The notes beneath the pieces were generated by a model that was not told where the DNA came from, searched no databases, and worked only from the letters and a program-made list of their open reading frames with translations. A stretch of 64,000 bases of DNA from Alphaproteobacteria bacterium (GTDB taxonomy: Bacteria; Pseudomonadota; Alphaproteobacteria; UBA7985). The DNA is taken from contig CBFIBS010000002.1 of NCBI GenBank assembly GCA_965660945.1, forward strand, positions 241,008 through 305,007. Direction: 5' to 3'. A program made the translations under genes and the position numbers. Shown here in pieces: positions 1 through 9,790 of this stretch; position 1 is the stretch's first letter; each line of letters opens with the position of its first letter.

Positions 1-1
1 T

Positions 2-757
2 GCCGCCGCTGACGCGCCGCAACTGATCCTGACACCAGAGGCGAGCAATGTCATCCAGCCCAACCGCGAGGTGATGATGGCTCAGGCCCTGCCGCTGGAA
101 CAGGACCCGGTCTTCGCCATGGGGCAGCGTCTATCCGCCGAGCTATCGGTGTTCCTGTGCCTTGGATCGGTGCTGGTTGCAGGCGAAATTCCCGGGTCGA
201 TGGTCAACCGCCAGATCCTGTTCAGCCCCATGGGCGAGGTCATCAACAGCTACGATAAAATTCACCTGTTTGACGTCGAAATCGGCGATGGCCAGCACTA
301 CGGTGAGAGCGAGATTTTCACCCCCGGCGAAGAAGCCCTGCTCTCCGCAATGCCCGACACCCCGGCGGTGCTTGGTCACACGATCTGCTACGACCTGCGC
401 TTTCCGGCGCTGCATCAGGCGCTGGCCATGGCCGGCGCCAACGTGCTGCTGATCCCCGCCGCCTTCACTCAGACCACGGGCCGGGCGCACTGGCACGTGC
501 TGCTGCGCGCCCGGGCGATCGAGACGGGCAGCTGGGTGCTGGCGGCGGGCACCTGCGGCGAACACGCCGGAGAGCGGCGGACCTACGGACATTCCTGCGT
601 GGTCAGCCCCTGGGGCGAAATCGTCGCAGAGCTGGCTTCGGAAACCGAGCCCGGCATCCTTGCTTTCGACCTCGATTTCGAGAAGGTCGGCGCGGCCCGC
701 AAGGCGATCCCGGCACTGGATCACGCCAGAACCTTTCACCTCTCATCTTCCCACTAG
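2..757 (+). CDS. carbon-nitrogen hydrolase (nitrilase superfamily) protein; 5' end lies outside the window
   Basis: The reading frame is open from nt 2 (..LILTPEASNVIQ..), while the ORF track starts at GTG 71. Motifs KIHLFD and ICYDLRFP supply the Lys and Cys of the Glu-Lys-Cys triad. LLIPAAF..TG..HW..LLRARAIETG is typical of the family. Confidence 0.85.
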   Translation, partial: AAADAPQLILTPEASNVIQPNREVMMAQALPLEQDPVFAMGQRLSAELSVFLCLGSVLVAGEIPGSMVNRQILFSPMGEVINSYDKIHLFDVEIGDGQHYGESEIFTPGEEALLSAMPDTPAVLGHTICYDLRFPALHQALAMAGANVLLIPAAFTQTTGRAHWHVLLRARAIETGSWVLAAGTCGEHAGERRTYGHSCVVSPWGEIVAELASETEPGILAFDLDFEKVGAARKAIPALDHARTFHLSSSH

Positions 758-782
758 GCCACCCACCCCCTAAATTAGGGCC

Positions 783-1280
783 ATGATCAAGTTCAGCCTC
801 CAGTGTTCTCAGGGCCATGGCTTCGAAGCCTGGTTTGCGGACAGCACCAGTTTTGAGGATCAGCGCGAGCGCGGTCTGGTGACCTGCCCGCACTGCAACG
901 ATGCCTCGGTGCAGAAAACACTGATGAAGCCGAGTGTGCGCGGGGGTCGAGATCGGGGTAAGGCGGAAACCACCGGGCTGCCAGCGCCGACCCCGTCAGA
1001 GATGCAGGCAAAGCCGTCGGTTCAGACCACCTCAGCGCCGAACCACTGGTCGCCGGAGCAGGTCGCCACCGCGCGTCAGTTCTTCCACGCCGTGCGTGCC
1101 ACCGTGGAGAAAACCCACGAAGACGTGGGCGATAAATTTGCCGAAGAAGCCCGCGCCATTCACGACGGCGAAAAGCCCGATCGCGGCATCCGGGGCAAAG
1201 CCTCGAAGGAGCAGGTCGACGCCCTGCTCGACGACGGTATCGAAATCATGCCGCTGCCCGACATCAAACTCGACGGCTGA
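783..1280 (+). CDS. DUF1178 family zinc-ribbon protein
   Basis: The N-terminus MIKFSLQCSQGHGFEAWF...CPHCN matches my recollection of the DUF1178 signature. The gene follows a C-N hydrolase, as in many alphaproteobacteria. Confidence 0.7.
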   Translation: MIKFSLQCSQGHGFEAWFADSTSFEDQRERGLVTCPHCNDASVQKTLMKPSVRGGRDRGKAETTGLPAPTPSEMQAKPSVQTTSAPNHWSPEQVATARQFFHAVRATVEKTHEDVGDKFAEEARAIHDGEKPDRGIRGKASKEQVDALLDDGIEIMPLPDIKLDG

Positions 1281-1313
1281 GTCGAGTTGAGGGAGTGGGC
1301 GGGGCAATCAGCC

Positions 1314-1628
1314 TCAGCCCATGCCGACGGCGGTCTTGTAAGTTTCGATCAGGGCTTCCTGCTCCTGCCGGTCGGCGGGCTCCATCTTTCGCAGGCGCAC
1401 AATGGCGCGCATGATCTTGGGGTCAAAACCGGCCCCTTTGGCCTCGCCGTAGACCGAGCGAATGTCCTCCATCAGACCGGCCTTTTCCTCTTCCAGCCGC
1501 TCGACACGCTCGATGAACTGGATCAGCGCCGCCGCCGCCGGGGTACCCGAAGGCATGGGTTCGGCCTTGGCCGTGGTGTCGGCCATGATCTGGTCGAGTT
1601 CGTTGTCGAATTCGTCGGACATTGTCAT
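1314..1628 (-). CDS. gapR: GapR-like nucleoid-associated protein (DUF2312)
   Basis: 104 aa. The motif LIQFIERVERLEEEKAGLMEDIRSVYGEAKGAGFDPKIMRAIVRLRKM matches the conserved DUF2312/GapR core. Confidence 0.85.
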   Translation of the reverse strand: MTMSDEFDNELDQIMADTTAKAEPMPSGTPAAAALIQFIERVERLEEEKAGLMEDIRSVYGEAKGAGFDPKIMRAIVRLRKMEPADRQEQEALIETYKTAVGMG

Positions 1629-1933
1629 TTCTCCGCTGCAGCGGCCTTGGCGAAGGCAGCCTGCTGTTCCGTGGTTGCTTCGGTCTGGTGCTTCGCGCGC
1701 CAGTCCTCGTAGGGTTCGCCGTAGAAGGCTTCGCGTGCCTCGTCCTTCGACATCTCGATCCCGCGCTCGCTGGCGGCTTCACCATACCAGCGCGACAGGC
1801 AGTTCCGGCAGAAACCGGCGAGGTTCATCATGTCGATGTTCTGCACGTCGCTACGCTCCATCAGGTGCGCGCGCAGAGCGCGGAAGGCGGCGGCTTCGAG
1901 TTCAGTCCGGGTGGCGGTATCCAGGTCTGTCAT
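1625..1933 (-). CDS. DUF1244 family protein
   Basis: 102 aa. The motif DVQNIDMMNLAGFCRNCLSRWY...YGEPYEDWRAKHQ is the DUF1244 signature as I remember it. It has a 4-nt ATGA overlap with gapR. Confidence 0.8.
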   Translation of the reverse strand: MTDLDTATRTELEAAAFRALRAHLMERSDVQNIDMMNLAGFCRNCLSRWYGEAASERGIEMSKDEAREAFYGEPYEDWRAKHQTEATTEQQAAFAKAAAAEK

Positions 1934-2703
1934 GGCTGAAACACGTCCTTGATCATGGCGTCGAGCAGGCTCGCCCAGTGGTCAACCTCCGCCGCCGTTG
2001 TGATGAGATCCTGTCGGATTTCAAAAGTGATAGCAGGCAATGTCCGGTGCATGTTGTGCAGAGCGTAGGAGCCTGTCATCCGCTCGAACAGGTCGTAGGG
2101 CTGGTTATCCCCAACCGTGTAGTTGGTATGCCGTCGCAGCCAGTCGATGGCCGCCCCGGCACGGTCTTCCTCGCAGTAGTGCAGCAGCCCGATTTCCCAC
2201 GGTCGCGGGTCATCGGGTGTCGACATCAGGCAGTCGGTGAAGGAGTGGCAGTGCACGATCAGCGGATCGGGGTGCTCCATCTCCGCGATGAAGGCCTCGA
2301 TCTCGTCGTGATAAGGGCGGTGGATCGCCTCGATCCGGGCCGCGTAGGATGCGGGCGCAAGGTCGCAGTTGGCAGGGACGGACACGCCGTCGAGCACGGC
2401 GCCGGCCATGTCCCAGTCGGTCGGGCGCCGGTTCAAATCCAGCACAGCGCGGGAATAGACCCCTTCGATCAGCGAGCCTTCGAGCCGCTGCACCAGATCC
2501 CGGCCCAGCGCCTCCATCCCCCAATCGCCGACGACGTGGCTGCGCCAGGCGTAGTCGGGCAGGCCGAGATCACCCAGCGCCTCAGGCGTGCGAAACCCAG
2601 CGTGATCATTGAGCAGCAACACGCGCTGCGCAGGATGCCGCTGCACCCAGTGGAAGGGCGGGGGATCGTTGGGGCCGAGCAGAGGGTCGGGGTCGAATTG
2701 CAT
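1930..2703 (-). CDS. N-formylglutamate amidohydrolase family protein
   Basis: 257 aa. FGase-like motifs are YSRAVLDLNRRP, HRPYH, HCHSF, RPWEIGLL and VGDNQPY. It has a 4-nt overlap with the downstream DUF1244 gene. Confidence 0.8.
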   Translation of the reverse strand: MQFDPDPLLGPNDPPPFHWVQRHPAQRVLLLNDHAGFRTPEALGDLGLPDYAWRSHVVGDWGMEALGRDLVQRLEGSLIEGVYSRAVLDLNRRPTDWDMAGAVLDGVSVPANCDLAPASYAARIEAIHRPYHDEIEAFIAEMEHPDPLIVHCHSFTDCLMSTPDDPRPWEIGLLHYCEEDRAGAAIDWLRRHTNYTVGDNQPYDLFERMTGSYALHNMHRTLPAITFEIRQDLITTAAEVDHWASLLDAMIKDVFQP

Positions 2704-2766
2704 GACCCGATTTCGCCGGAAACCGGGCCTGAAAGCAAGCCCGGTTCCGACCTCATTTTGCGTGGC

Positions 2767-4119
2767 CTACTCGTCCGGTGAAAACGCCGTGGGGCGACCC
2801 ACCAGACCATAGCGCAGTTCTTCGCTGTAGAGCCGCTGTGCCGTCCGCTGCGCATCCTCCAGCGTCACCGCGCGGAACAGGTCGTTGCGGAACTCGGGGA
2901 AATCGGGCGGCAGGTCCTGAATCTGAATGCTCAGCACATAGTCGACGACGTCGTTCGAGTTGAGGAAGTAGTTGGCATAGGAGCCGGTGAGGTAGGCGAT
3001 GGCCTCCTCGACTTCCTCGGCCGTTGGGCCGTTCTCGGCGAAGTCGCGCCAGACTTCCAGCGTCGCATCCAGCGCGTCATCGGCAGCCTCATTGGCCGTG
3101 GCGAAGTTAAAGGACACCGAACCGTAGTCGGCGCGGCCCGAATAGCTGCTGTTGATGCCATAGACCAACCCGAGCTGGTTGCGGACCCGCTCGCTCAGCC
3201 GCGAGCTGAGCCCCCCGGCACCGAGGATGTGGCTGACCACGCGCGCGGCGTAATTGTCCGGGTCGGTGCGCGGGAAGGCCGGTGCAACCGCGTAGACGAT
3301 GGTCTGGGTCTGGTCGAAGTCGATGGCGACCGGGGCCTCGAAGCGCGCGAATACCGGTGGCGCGAGGTCGTCGGGCGGGGTCACGTCGGGCAGACGAGCG
3401 AGGATCGGCGCCACCCGGCGGCGCAGCTCGTCAGGCGTGATGTCACCAACGGCAGCAATGATGACATTGTTGCGGCCGATGACGCGGTCCTTGACCGCGA
3501 ACAGGTCTGCCTGCGTGATCGCCGGAATGGTCTCCAGATCACCGCTGAACTTGCGGTTCCGCGGGTCGTCCTTACCCCAAAGCGCGTCGAAGAAGGCTTC
3601 ACCCAGTTGCGCGCCCGGTGCCCGGGCCCGTTGGGCGGCACCGGCGAGGGCATCGCGGCGCATACGCTCGACGCCTTCGGGGTCAAAGGCCGGGTCGGTG
3701 AGCATGGTTTCGAGCTGCTCAAAGGCAAAGTCGATCGACGCTGTCGGGGTCTGGAAGCTGACTGTCGACCACTTGAACCCGGCGCTGCCGGCCATGGAAA
3801 CGGCCTCATCTTGCAGCAGTCCGAGGAAGGTTTCGGCGTTCATCTCACCCGCGCCTTCGTTCAGCGATCCGAAGGCCAGCGAGGTGGTGCCCTCCTTGCC
3901 CGGTTCGTCCCAGCGGGAGCCACCTTCAAAGCCGAACTTGAGCGTGATCAACGGGTTGGTGTGATCCTCAACCAGCCAAGCGTCGACCTCGTCGGTGATC
4001 GCCACCACCTGAATATCGATGGCGGCGGCGGGCTGGCCGAGGCCGAGGACTGAGATCAGACCGGCAGCGGCCACGAGCGACAGCGCGGGGCGCCGCAAAT
4101 TCGGGATCAGGGTTCTCAT
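2767..4119 (-). CDS. M16 family peptidase, non-catalytic (beta-like) subunit, secreted
   Basis: 450 aa with an N-terminal signal peptide (..GQPAAA). It has the insulinase-fold length and composition but no HxxEH motif. It lies directly downstream of the catalytic M16 paralogue. Confidence 0.8.
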   Translation of the reverse strand: MRTLIPNLRRPALSLVAAAGLISVLGLGQPAAAIDIQVVAITDEVDAWLVEDHTNPLITLKFGFEGGSRWDEPGKEGTTSLAFGSLNEGAGEMNAETFLGLLQDEAVSMAGSAGFKWSTVSFQTPTASIDFAFEQLETMLTDPAFDPEGVERMRRDALAGAAQRARAPGAQLGEAFFDALWGKDDPRNRKFSGDLETIPAITQADLFAVKDRVIGRNNVIIAAVGDITPDELRRRVAPILARLPDVTPPDDLAPPVFARFEAPVAIDFDQTQTIVYAVAPAFPRTDPDNYAARVVSHILGAGGLSSRLSERVRNQLGLVYGINSSYSGRADYGSVSFNFATANEAADDALDATLEVWRDFAENGPTAEEVEEAIAYLTGSYANYFLNSNDVVDYVLSIQIQDLPPDFPEFRNDLFRAVTLEDAQRTAQRLYSEELRYGLVGRPTAFSPDE

Positions 4120-4122
4120 CGC

Positions 4123-5481
4123 CTATTCCTCCAGCGGGCCGAGAACCAGCGTTTTGGGGGCGCTGGCCTGGTCGAGAAACAGCGCCGCCACGGCGCGAAT
4201 ATCGTCGATTGTCATGGAATTGATGGTGTCTTCGAGGGTCAGAAACACACCATAGTCGCCGTTGGTCGCGACCACGCTCTCGAACGAAGTCGCCGGGCCG
4301 TCGATGCTGTCGGCGGCGTAGACCAGGCCGTTGACGAAGCGGCGCTTCTGCCGCTCCAGCCGCTCGGTGGTCAGATCGTTTTCCAGCCAGTTGCGCAGGA
4401 AGTCTTCAGCCTCATCGAGCACGGCAACGGGGTCCTGTCCCTCCACGGGTTCGACGCTGAGGATCGCCCAGTCCTGGCCCTCATCAAGGACCAGTGAGAA
4501 CCCGGCACCCAGCGCGATCTGACGCTCGGTCTGCAGATAACGGGTGAAGGGCGCATCCAGCCCCGAGGTCAGCATGGACGACAGCAGCCGCGCCGCATAG
4601 CGGGCCCGAAAGGCCTCGAACCCGGTTTCCGCCACCACCTCCGGCAGGCGCCACGCCCGGCGGGCCGAAGGCTGGGTGATCAGCGCGTCGGTCACGGTCT
4701 CGAAATCAGCCTCGAACGGACGCTCGGCATCGGGCCGCACGCGGGCCGGGACCGGCACCGCCGCGAAGCCACCGAAGTGCTGCTCGGCGAGGGCAAAGAC
4801 CTCCACCGGGACCACGTCGCCAGCGACGATCAGCACCGCATTGTTGGGGTGGTACCAGGTCTGGTGAAAGTCGAGCAGGTCGGCTGGGGTCAGGGCCTCG
4901 AAGTCTTCTTTGGTGCCGATGATCGGGTGATCATAGGCAGCGACTCCGCGCAAATCCGCGCGCAGGAAGTGGGCGGCGCGGGCGGCAGGGTTGTTCTCCC
5001 ACCGCTGGCGGTATTCCTGCAGCACAACGCCTTTCTCGTTCTCCAGCTGGTCGGCATCGGCGTCGAGGCCGTTCATCAGGATGGCGTTGAGGACGAGGAA
5101 GGTCTCCAGATGCTCGGACCCGAACCAGGCGTAGTAGGACGTCAGGTTGGCCGAGGTCGAAGCGTTGCTGTCCGCGCCGATGCGGTCGAGCGTTGCGTCG
5201 TACTCGCCCGGCGCGAGGCCTTTGCCGTTCAGCGGCGGCGCGCCGCGAAACATCATGTGTTCGAGCACGTGGGCGATGCCGTACGTGCCGGGCTGTTCAT
5301 CCAGCGCCCCGACCTTGTAGGCGACACGGGCGTGCACCGCGGGCGCGCGGTGGTTTTCGATGACGATCACGTCCATGCCGTTGTCGAGGGTCATCCAGCG
5401 CGCTTGCTCGTACAGCGCCCCGGCAGGCTGGGCGACCAGCGACGCCAGCGCACCGGCGAAAGTGAGCAACAGTTTGTTCAT
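4123..5481 (-). CDS. M16 family zinc peptidase (pitrilysin/insulinase-like), secreted
   Basis: 452 aa with a signal peptide. It carries the inverted zinc motif HVLEHMMFRG (HxxEH) and the downstream ENEKGVVLQE glutamate. Confidence 0.9.
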   Translation of the reverse strand: MNKLLLTFAGALASLVAQPAGALYEQARWMTLDNGMDVIVIENHRAPAVHARVAYKVGALDEQPGTYGIAHVLEHMMFRGAPPLNGKGLAPGEYDATLDRIGADSNASTSANLTSYYAWFGSEHLETFLVLNAILMNGLDADADQLENEKGVVLQEYRQRWENNPAARAAHFLRADLRGVAAYDHPIIGTKEDFEALTPADLLDFHQTWYHPNNAVLIVAGDVVPVEVFALAEQHFGGFAAVPVPARVRPDAERPFEADFETVTDALITQPSARRAWRLPEVVAETGFEAFRARYAARLLSSMLTSGLDAPFTRYLQTERQIALGAGFSLVLDEGQDWAILSVEPVEGQDPVAVLDEAEDFLRNWLENDLTTERLERQKRRFVNGLVYAADSIDGPATSFESVVATNGDYGVFLTLEDTINSMTIDDIRAVAALFLDQASAPKTLVLGPLEE

Positions 5482-5547
5482 TGTGGTCTCAGAGTCGTTG
5501 TTGCGATCAGGGCGGAGAGACCCGCCTTCTGCCCCTTAAATGGGGCA

Positions 5548-6264
5548 TTATCGCGAGACGACGACCGGCTCACCCATCATCGACACGCCAGCTGGCAGAG
5601 ATGTGATCCACTGCAAGGCTGGCTCAGCGGCTGCGCCGACGGCGGTAGGGGTCGCCGCGGGCGCCACCGGGATCACCACGACCGGCGCTTCAACAGCCAT
5701 GGCTGCGAGGGCTGCGGCCTGCTCTGCGGTCAGCGGCACCATGGCCGGTTCAGCGGCGGTGGCAGCCACCACAGGCGTCGCTGCGGGGGTTGTCACCATG
5801 GGGGTCGGGGCAAGGGCAGCCGGACCCGACGGTACCGGGGCCACCGGGAAGATCGATCCGCCCGAATTGGTCTGGGTCGAGACCTGGAACCGGGTTGCTG
5901 CACCATTCGAGCCGCTGGCCACGATGCGGCCTATGGGCTGGTAGTGTGGCACTTCGTCCGCGATGACCGTGATCGGCCGGTACTGCTCTTCCGGTGCCGC
6001 CTCGGGTTCGAGCGTGAACACCAGCGCCTCGATTTCGTCGGGGGTGGGCAGGCTCTCCGCCTGAGACACCTCGTTCTGCGGCGTGGGCAGGCGCGAGAAA
6101 TCGGTCGGCAGAGCGAGGCTGCGGTTCTGAGGTATGGCGTACTCGTCGACCAGACCGGCGCTGGTGAAGTATCCCAGCCCCCGGGTCAGGGTACCGCACC
6201 CCGTTAGCCCACTGACTGCAGTGGTCGCGATGATCAGGGAAAAGACGATCCGGCCCATCGGCAT
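5548..6264 (-). CDS. lipoprotein, probably DUF3035 family, with Ala/Pro/Val/Thr-rich C-terminal half
   Basis: The ORF track gives 5548..6402. I moved the start to ATG 6264 (MPMGRIVFSLIIATTAVSGLTGC), which yields a lipobox L-T-G-C and removes the overlap with lspA. The DUF3035 name is from memory of the lspA-adjacent family. Confidence 0.6.
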   Translation of the reverse strand: MPMGRIVFSLIIATTAVSGLTGCGTLTRGLGYFTSAGLVDEYAIPQNRSLALPTDFSRLPTPQNEVSQAESLPTPDEIEALVFTLEPEAAPEEQYRPITVIADEVPHYQPIGRIVASGSNGAATRFQVSTQTNSGGSIFPVAPVPSGPAALAPTPMVTTPAATPVVAATAAEPAMVPLTAEQAAALAAMAVEAPVVVIPVAPAATPTAVGAAAEPALQWITSLPAGVSMMGEPVVVSR

Positions 6265-6274
6265 GATTGAAGCC

Positions 6275-6778
6275 CTACTCCTGCGATGACGACGAAGACG
6301 CTCGCCGGTCAGCCAAGAACAACATATCGGCCAGAATAAGGGCAACCCCAACGACAATCGCCGAATCTGCCACGTTGAACGAGGGCCAGTGCAAGCCTGC
6401 AACGTGGAAGTCGATGAAGTCCACCACCGTCTTTCGGCCCGGGTTTAGCCGGTCAAAGGCATTGCCGAGCGCACCGCCGGCAATGAGCGCATAGGCGGCG
6501 ATCACCAGAATGTTGCTGCTCTTGCGTCCGATGATGATCAGCCCGGCCGCCACTGCGAAAGCCAGCGCGCCGATGAAGTAGCGGCCACCATCGTTGAAAT
6601 TCCCGATCGAAAAGGCGATCCCCGAATTCCGGACGTGCCAGATGTTTAGGAAGGGCGCGACGTCGATCACCACCGGCGTTGCAGCGGAGTAGATGGGGAG
6701 ATTGGCGACGATCAGGGCCTTGGTCACCTGATCCGCCGCCAGCACCGCCAACGCGAGTAGAATGCCCCATCGCAGCAT
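6275..6778 (-). CDS. lspA: lipoprotein signal peptidase II
   Basis: 167 aa with four TM segments. Motifs are NSGIAFS and FNVADSAIVVG. It has the conserved position downstream of ileS. Confidence 0.93.
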   Translation of the reverse strand: MLRWGILLALAVLAADQVTKALIVANLPIYSAATPVVIDVAPFLNIWHVRNSGIAFSIGNFNDGGRYFIGALAFAVAAGLIIIGRKSSNILVIAAYALIAGGALGNAFDRLNPGRKTVVDFIDFHVAGLHWPSFNVADSAIVVGVALILADMLFLADRRASSSSSQE

Positions 6779-6781
6779 GGA

Positions 6782-9646
6782 TCAGGCCCCTGTCCCGGCC
6801 ACTGCAACGTCACAGCGGGCGCACAGGTGATCGGGGTGAGTGCTGACTTCCGGCAGCACCTGCCAGCAGCGCTGGCACTTCTCACCGGCCGCCAACTGCG
6901 GCGTCACCGCAACGCCGGCGATGTCCTCGACCCGCACGGCGTCGGCCGGTCCCTCACCGGTCTCGATCTTGACGCCGGAGACGATGGCCACTTCAGTGAA
7001 GTCGACGTCAGCCAGCGCAGCGGCCTTGTCGGGGGACAGGAACACACGCGGCGCGGCCTGCAGGCTCGAACCGATGGTTTTTTCCTGCCGCATCGGTTCC
7101 AGCGCAGTGGTGATCACCCGGCGGACCGCAAAAACGTCGGCCCACTTGTCGGCGAGCGCTGCGTTCGACCACTGTACCGGGATTTCGGGGATCACCCGCA
7201 GGTGGACTGAGTCGGTATCGACCAGCTTCTCCGGCAGATCGGCTTCGTCCTCGCGCCGGGTCAGCCAGGCTTCTTCGGCGGTAAAGCACAGGATCGGCGC
7301 CAGCCACGCGGTCAGGCACGAGAAGCACTCGGCCAGCACGGTCCGGGCTGCGCGGGCGCGCAGGCTGTCGGGCGCGTCGCAGTAGAGCGCATCCTTGCGG
7401 ATATCGAAGTAGAGCGCAGACAGGTCGACGGCGCAGAAGTTGTGCAGCTCGGTATACAGCCGGTGGAAGTCGTAGGCCTCCGCCGAAGTCCGTACCAGCG
7501 CGTCCAGCTCGCTCAACCGGTGCAGCACCCAGCGTTCCAGCTCGGGCAGGTCGTCATAGGCAACGGCCTGCGAGGGTTGGAAATCGCCGAGGTTGCCGAG
7601 GATGAAGCGCAGCGAATTGCGGAAGCGGCGGTAGGCGTCGGCCGAATGCTTGAGGATCGCGGGGCCGATGCGCAGGTCATCGCTGTAGTCCGACGCCACC
7701 ACCCACAGGCGCAGGATATCGATGCCGAAATCCTTGGCGACGTCGTCCGGCGCGGTGACATTGCCCAGCGACTTGGACATCTTGTTACCCTTCTCATCGA
7801 GCACGAAGCCGTGGGTGAGAATGGCGTCATAGGGCGCGCGGCCACGGGTGCCGACCCCGACCAGCAGTGAGGAATGGAACCAGCCGCGATGCTGGTCCGA
7901 GCCTTCGAGATAGAGGTCGGCCGGCCACTTCAGCTCGGGGCGCTTTTCCAGCACAAAGCTATGGGTAGCCCCGCTGTCGAACCAGACCTCGACCACGTCG
8001 CGGCCCTGCTCAAAATCGTCCGGGTCGTAGTCATTGCCCAGGAAGCGTGACGGCGGGCTGTTGAACCAGGCATCGCCGCCTTCGAGCTCATAGGCCTCGG
8101 CGATGCGTTCAATCACCTTCGGGTCACGCAGCGGCTGGCCGTCGGACTTGCGCACGAAAATCGGCAGCGGCACGCCCCAGACACGCTGTCGGGATACGCA
8201 CCAGTCCGGGCGGCTCTCGATCATCGAAGTGATGCGGTTGCGACCCTGCTCCGGCACGAAGCCGGTGTCGCCCAGCGCCTTGAGCGCGCCGGCGCGCAGG
8301 CCCTTCTCTTCCATCGAGATGAACCACTGCGCGGTATTGCGGAAGATCAGCGGCGCCTTGGACCGCCACGAATGGGGGTAGGAGTGCTCTAGCTTGCCTT
8401 TGGCGAGCAGGCCTCCGGCCTCGATCAGCGCGCGCAGGATCGGGCCAAGCGCGGTGCCATCCTTGCCCTTCTGGTCATAGACCGTCAGGCCACAGAACAA
8501 CGGTACGTGGTCATAGAAGGCGCCGTCTTCCGCCACCGTCATCGGCACTTCGACGCCGTGCTGGACCGTCGCCAGCTGCCAGTCATCAAAGCCGTGCCCC
8601 GGTGCGATGTGGACCAGCCCGGTTCCCTGCTCCGTGGTCACGTAGTCGCCATGGAACATGGGAACCGCGTGGTCGAAACCCTGCTCCGCCAGCGGGTGGG
8701 CGGCGATAACACCGGTCAGATCGACCTTCAGGTCTTCGCGGGTCCAGGCCTCGATCTTGGCCGAGGCAGCGGTCGCTTCAGCGGTTTCATCGGCGATGAT
8801 CAGGCGTTCACCGACCTGCGCCAGCGAGCCTTCGGCGACGGCATCGACGCGGTATACGCCATAGGCAATGTCGTCGTGGAACGCCATGGCGCGGTTGCCG
8901 GGGATGGTCCAGGTGGTGGTGGTCCAGATCACCGCACTCGCCCCGACCAGCTCCGGTTGGGGCGCCGATTTGACCGGGAACTTGACCCAGATGGTCACCG
9001 ACTTGTGCGGGTAATATTCGACCTCGGCGTCGGCCAGCGCGGTTTTCTCCACCACGGACCACAGCACCGGCTTGTTGCCCTTGTACAGCTGACCGTCGAG
9101 CAGGAATTTGCCCAGCTCACGGACGATCTGCGCTTCGGCGTCGTAGTGCATGGTCAGGTAGGGCTGATCCCAGTTGCCGAGTACCCCGAGGCGCTTGAAC
9201 TGCCGGGTCTGTTCTTCGACCCAGCCCTGGGCAAAGTCGCGGCATTCACGACGGAATTCGACGACGTCGACCTCGTCCTTGTCCTGCCCCCGCTCGCGGT
9301 ACTGCTCTTCGATCTTCCACTCGATCGGCAGGCCGTGACAGTCCCAGCCGGGCACGTAGTGGGCATCCTTGCCCAGCATCTGATGACTGCGGTTGATGAC
9401 GTCTTTCAGGATCTTGTTGAGCGCGTGGCCGATGTGAAGGTTACCGTTGGCGTAGGGCGGACCGTCGTGGAGCACGAACTTGGGCCGTCCGGCCGACTCT
9501 TCCCGCAGGCGGTTGAAGAGGTCCATTTTCTCCCAGTGCGCCAGCCACTCCGATTCGCGGGTCGGCAGGTTGCCGCGCATGGGAAAGGCTGTCTCCGGGG
9601 TGGTGACCGTGTCTCGGAAATCGCGGTTGCGTTCGTTTTCGCTCAT
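6782..9646 (-). CDS. ileS: isoleucine--tRNA ligase
   Basis: 954 aa. It has the class I motifs HIGH (GNLHIGHA) and KMSKS (NKMSKSLGN) and a C-terminal zinc-binding CxxC...CxRC. Confidence 0.98.
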   Translation of the reverse strand: MSENERNRDFRDTVTTPETAFPMRGNLPTRESEWLAHWEKMDLFNRLREESAGRPKFVLHDGPPYANGNLHIGHALNKILKDVINRSHQMLGKDAHYVPGWDCHGLPIEWKIEEQYRERGQDKDEVDVVEFRRECRDFAQGWVEEQTRQFKRLGVLGNWDQPYLTMHYDAEAQIVRELGKFLLDGQLYKGNKPVLWSVVEKTALADAEVEYYPHKSVTIWVKFPVKSAPQPELVGASAVIWTTTTWTIPGNRAMAFHDDIAYGVYRVDAVAEGSLAQVGERLIIADETAEATAASAKIEAWTREDLKVDLTGVIAAHPLAEQGFDHAVPMFHGDYVTTEQGTGLVHIAPGHGFDDWQLATVQHGVEVPMTVAEDGAFYDHVPLFCGLTVYDQKGKDGTALGPILRALIEAGGLLAKGKLEHSYPHSWRSKAPLIFRNTAQWFISMEEKGLRAGALKALGDTGFVPEQGRNRITSMIESRPDWCVSRQRVWGVPLPIFVRKSDGQPLRDPKVIERIAEAYELEGGDAWFNSPPSRFLGNDYDPDDFEQGRDVVEVWFDSGATHSFVLEKRPELKWPADLYLEGSDQHRGWFHSSLLVGVGTRGRAPYDAILTHGFVLDEKGNKMSKSLGNVTAPDDVAKDFGIDILRLWVVASDYSDDLRIGPAILKHSADAYRRFRNSLRFILGNLGDFQPSQAVAYDDLPELERWVLHRLSELDALVRTSAEAYDFHRLYTELHNFCAVDLSALYFDIRKDALYCDAPDSLRARAARTVLAECFSCLTAWLAPILCFTAEEAWLTRREDEADLPEKLVDTDSVHLRVIPEIPVQWSNAALADKWADVFAVRRVITTALEPMRQEKTIGSSLQAAPRVFLSPDKAAALADVDFTEVAIVSGVKIETGEGPADAVRVEDIAGVAVTPQLAAGEKCQRCWQVLPEVSTHPDHLCARCDVAVAGTGA

Positions 9647-9790
9647 GGGACCAGTTTACTCGGACAACTCTGTGGTGTTTTGCTCAGGCATAACGGCGGG
9701 TTTTCAATCACTGGCATACAGCCCAAGGGCAGCAAACGCGAGTGTGAGACGTGCAAGGCGGATACTCGCGCTACCGTCATCAGGGGCCGT

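Noticed and set aside
2718-2748. Imperfect hairpin GGAAACCGGGC...GCCCGGTTCC downstream of the M16 subunit gene
   Set aside because: The stem has a bulge, and no U-tract follows on the minus strand. It may still be a weak terminator but is not well enough supported.
1462-2781. 439-aa plus-strand ORF spanning gapR, DUF1244 and the FGase-like gene
   Set aside because: It is antisense to three minus-strand genes that have conserved family motifs and ATGA coupling. The product is an Arg/Ser/Pro-rich shadow frame.
4777-6207. 476-aa plus-strand ORF
   Set aside because: It is antisense to the HxxEH M16 peptidase and the lipoprotein gene. It has an Arg/Gly-rich composition and no motifs.
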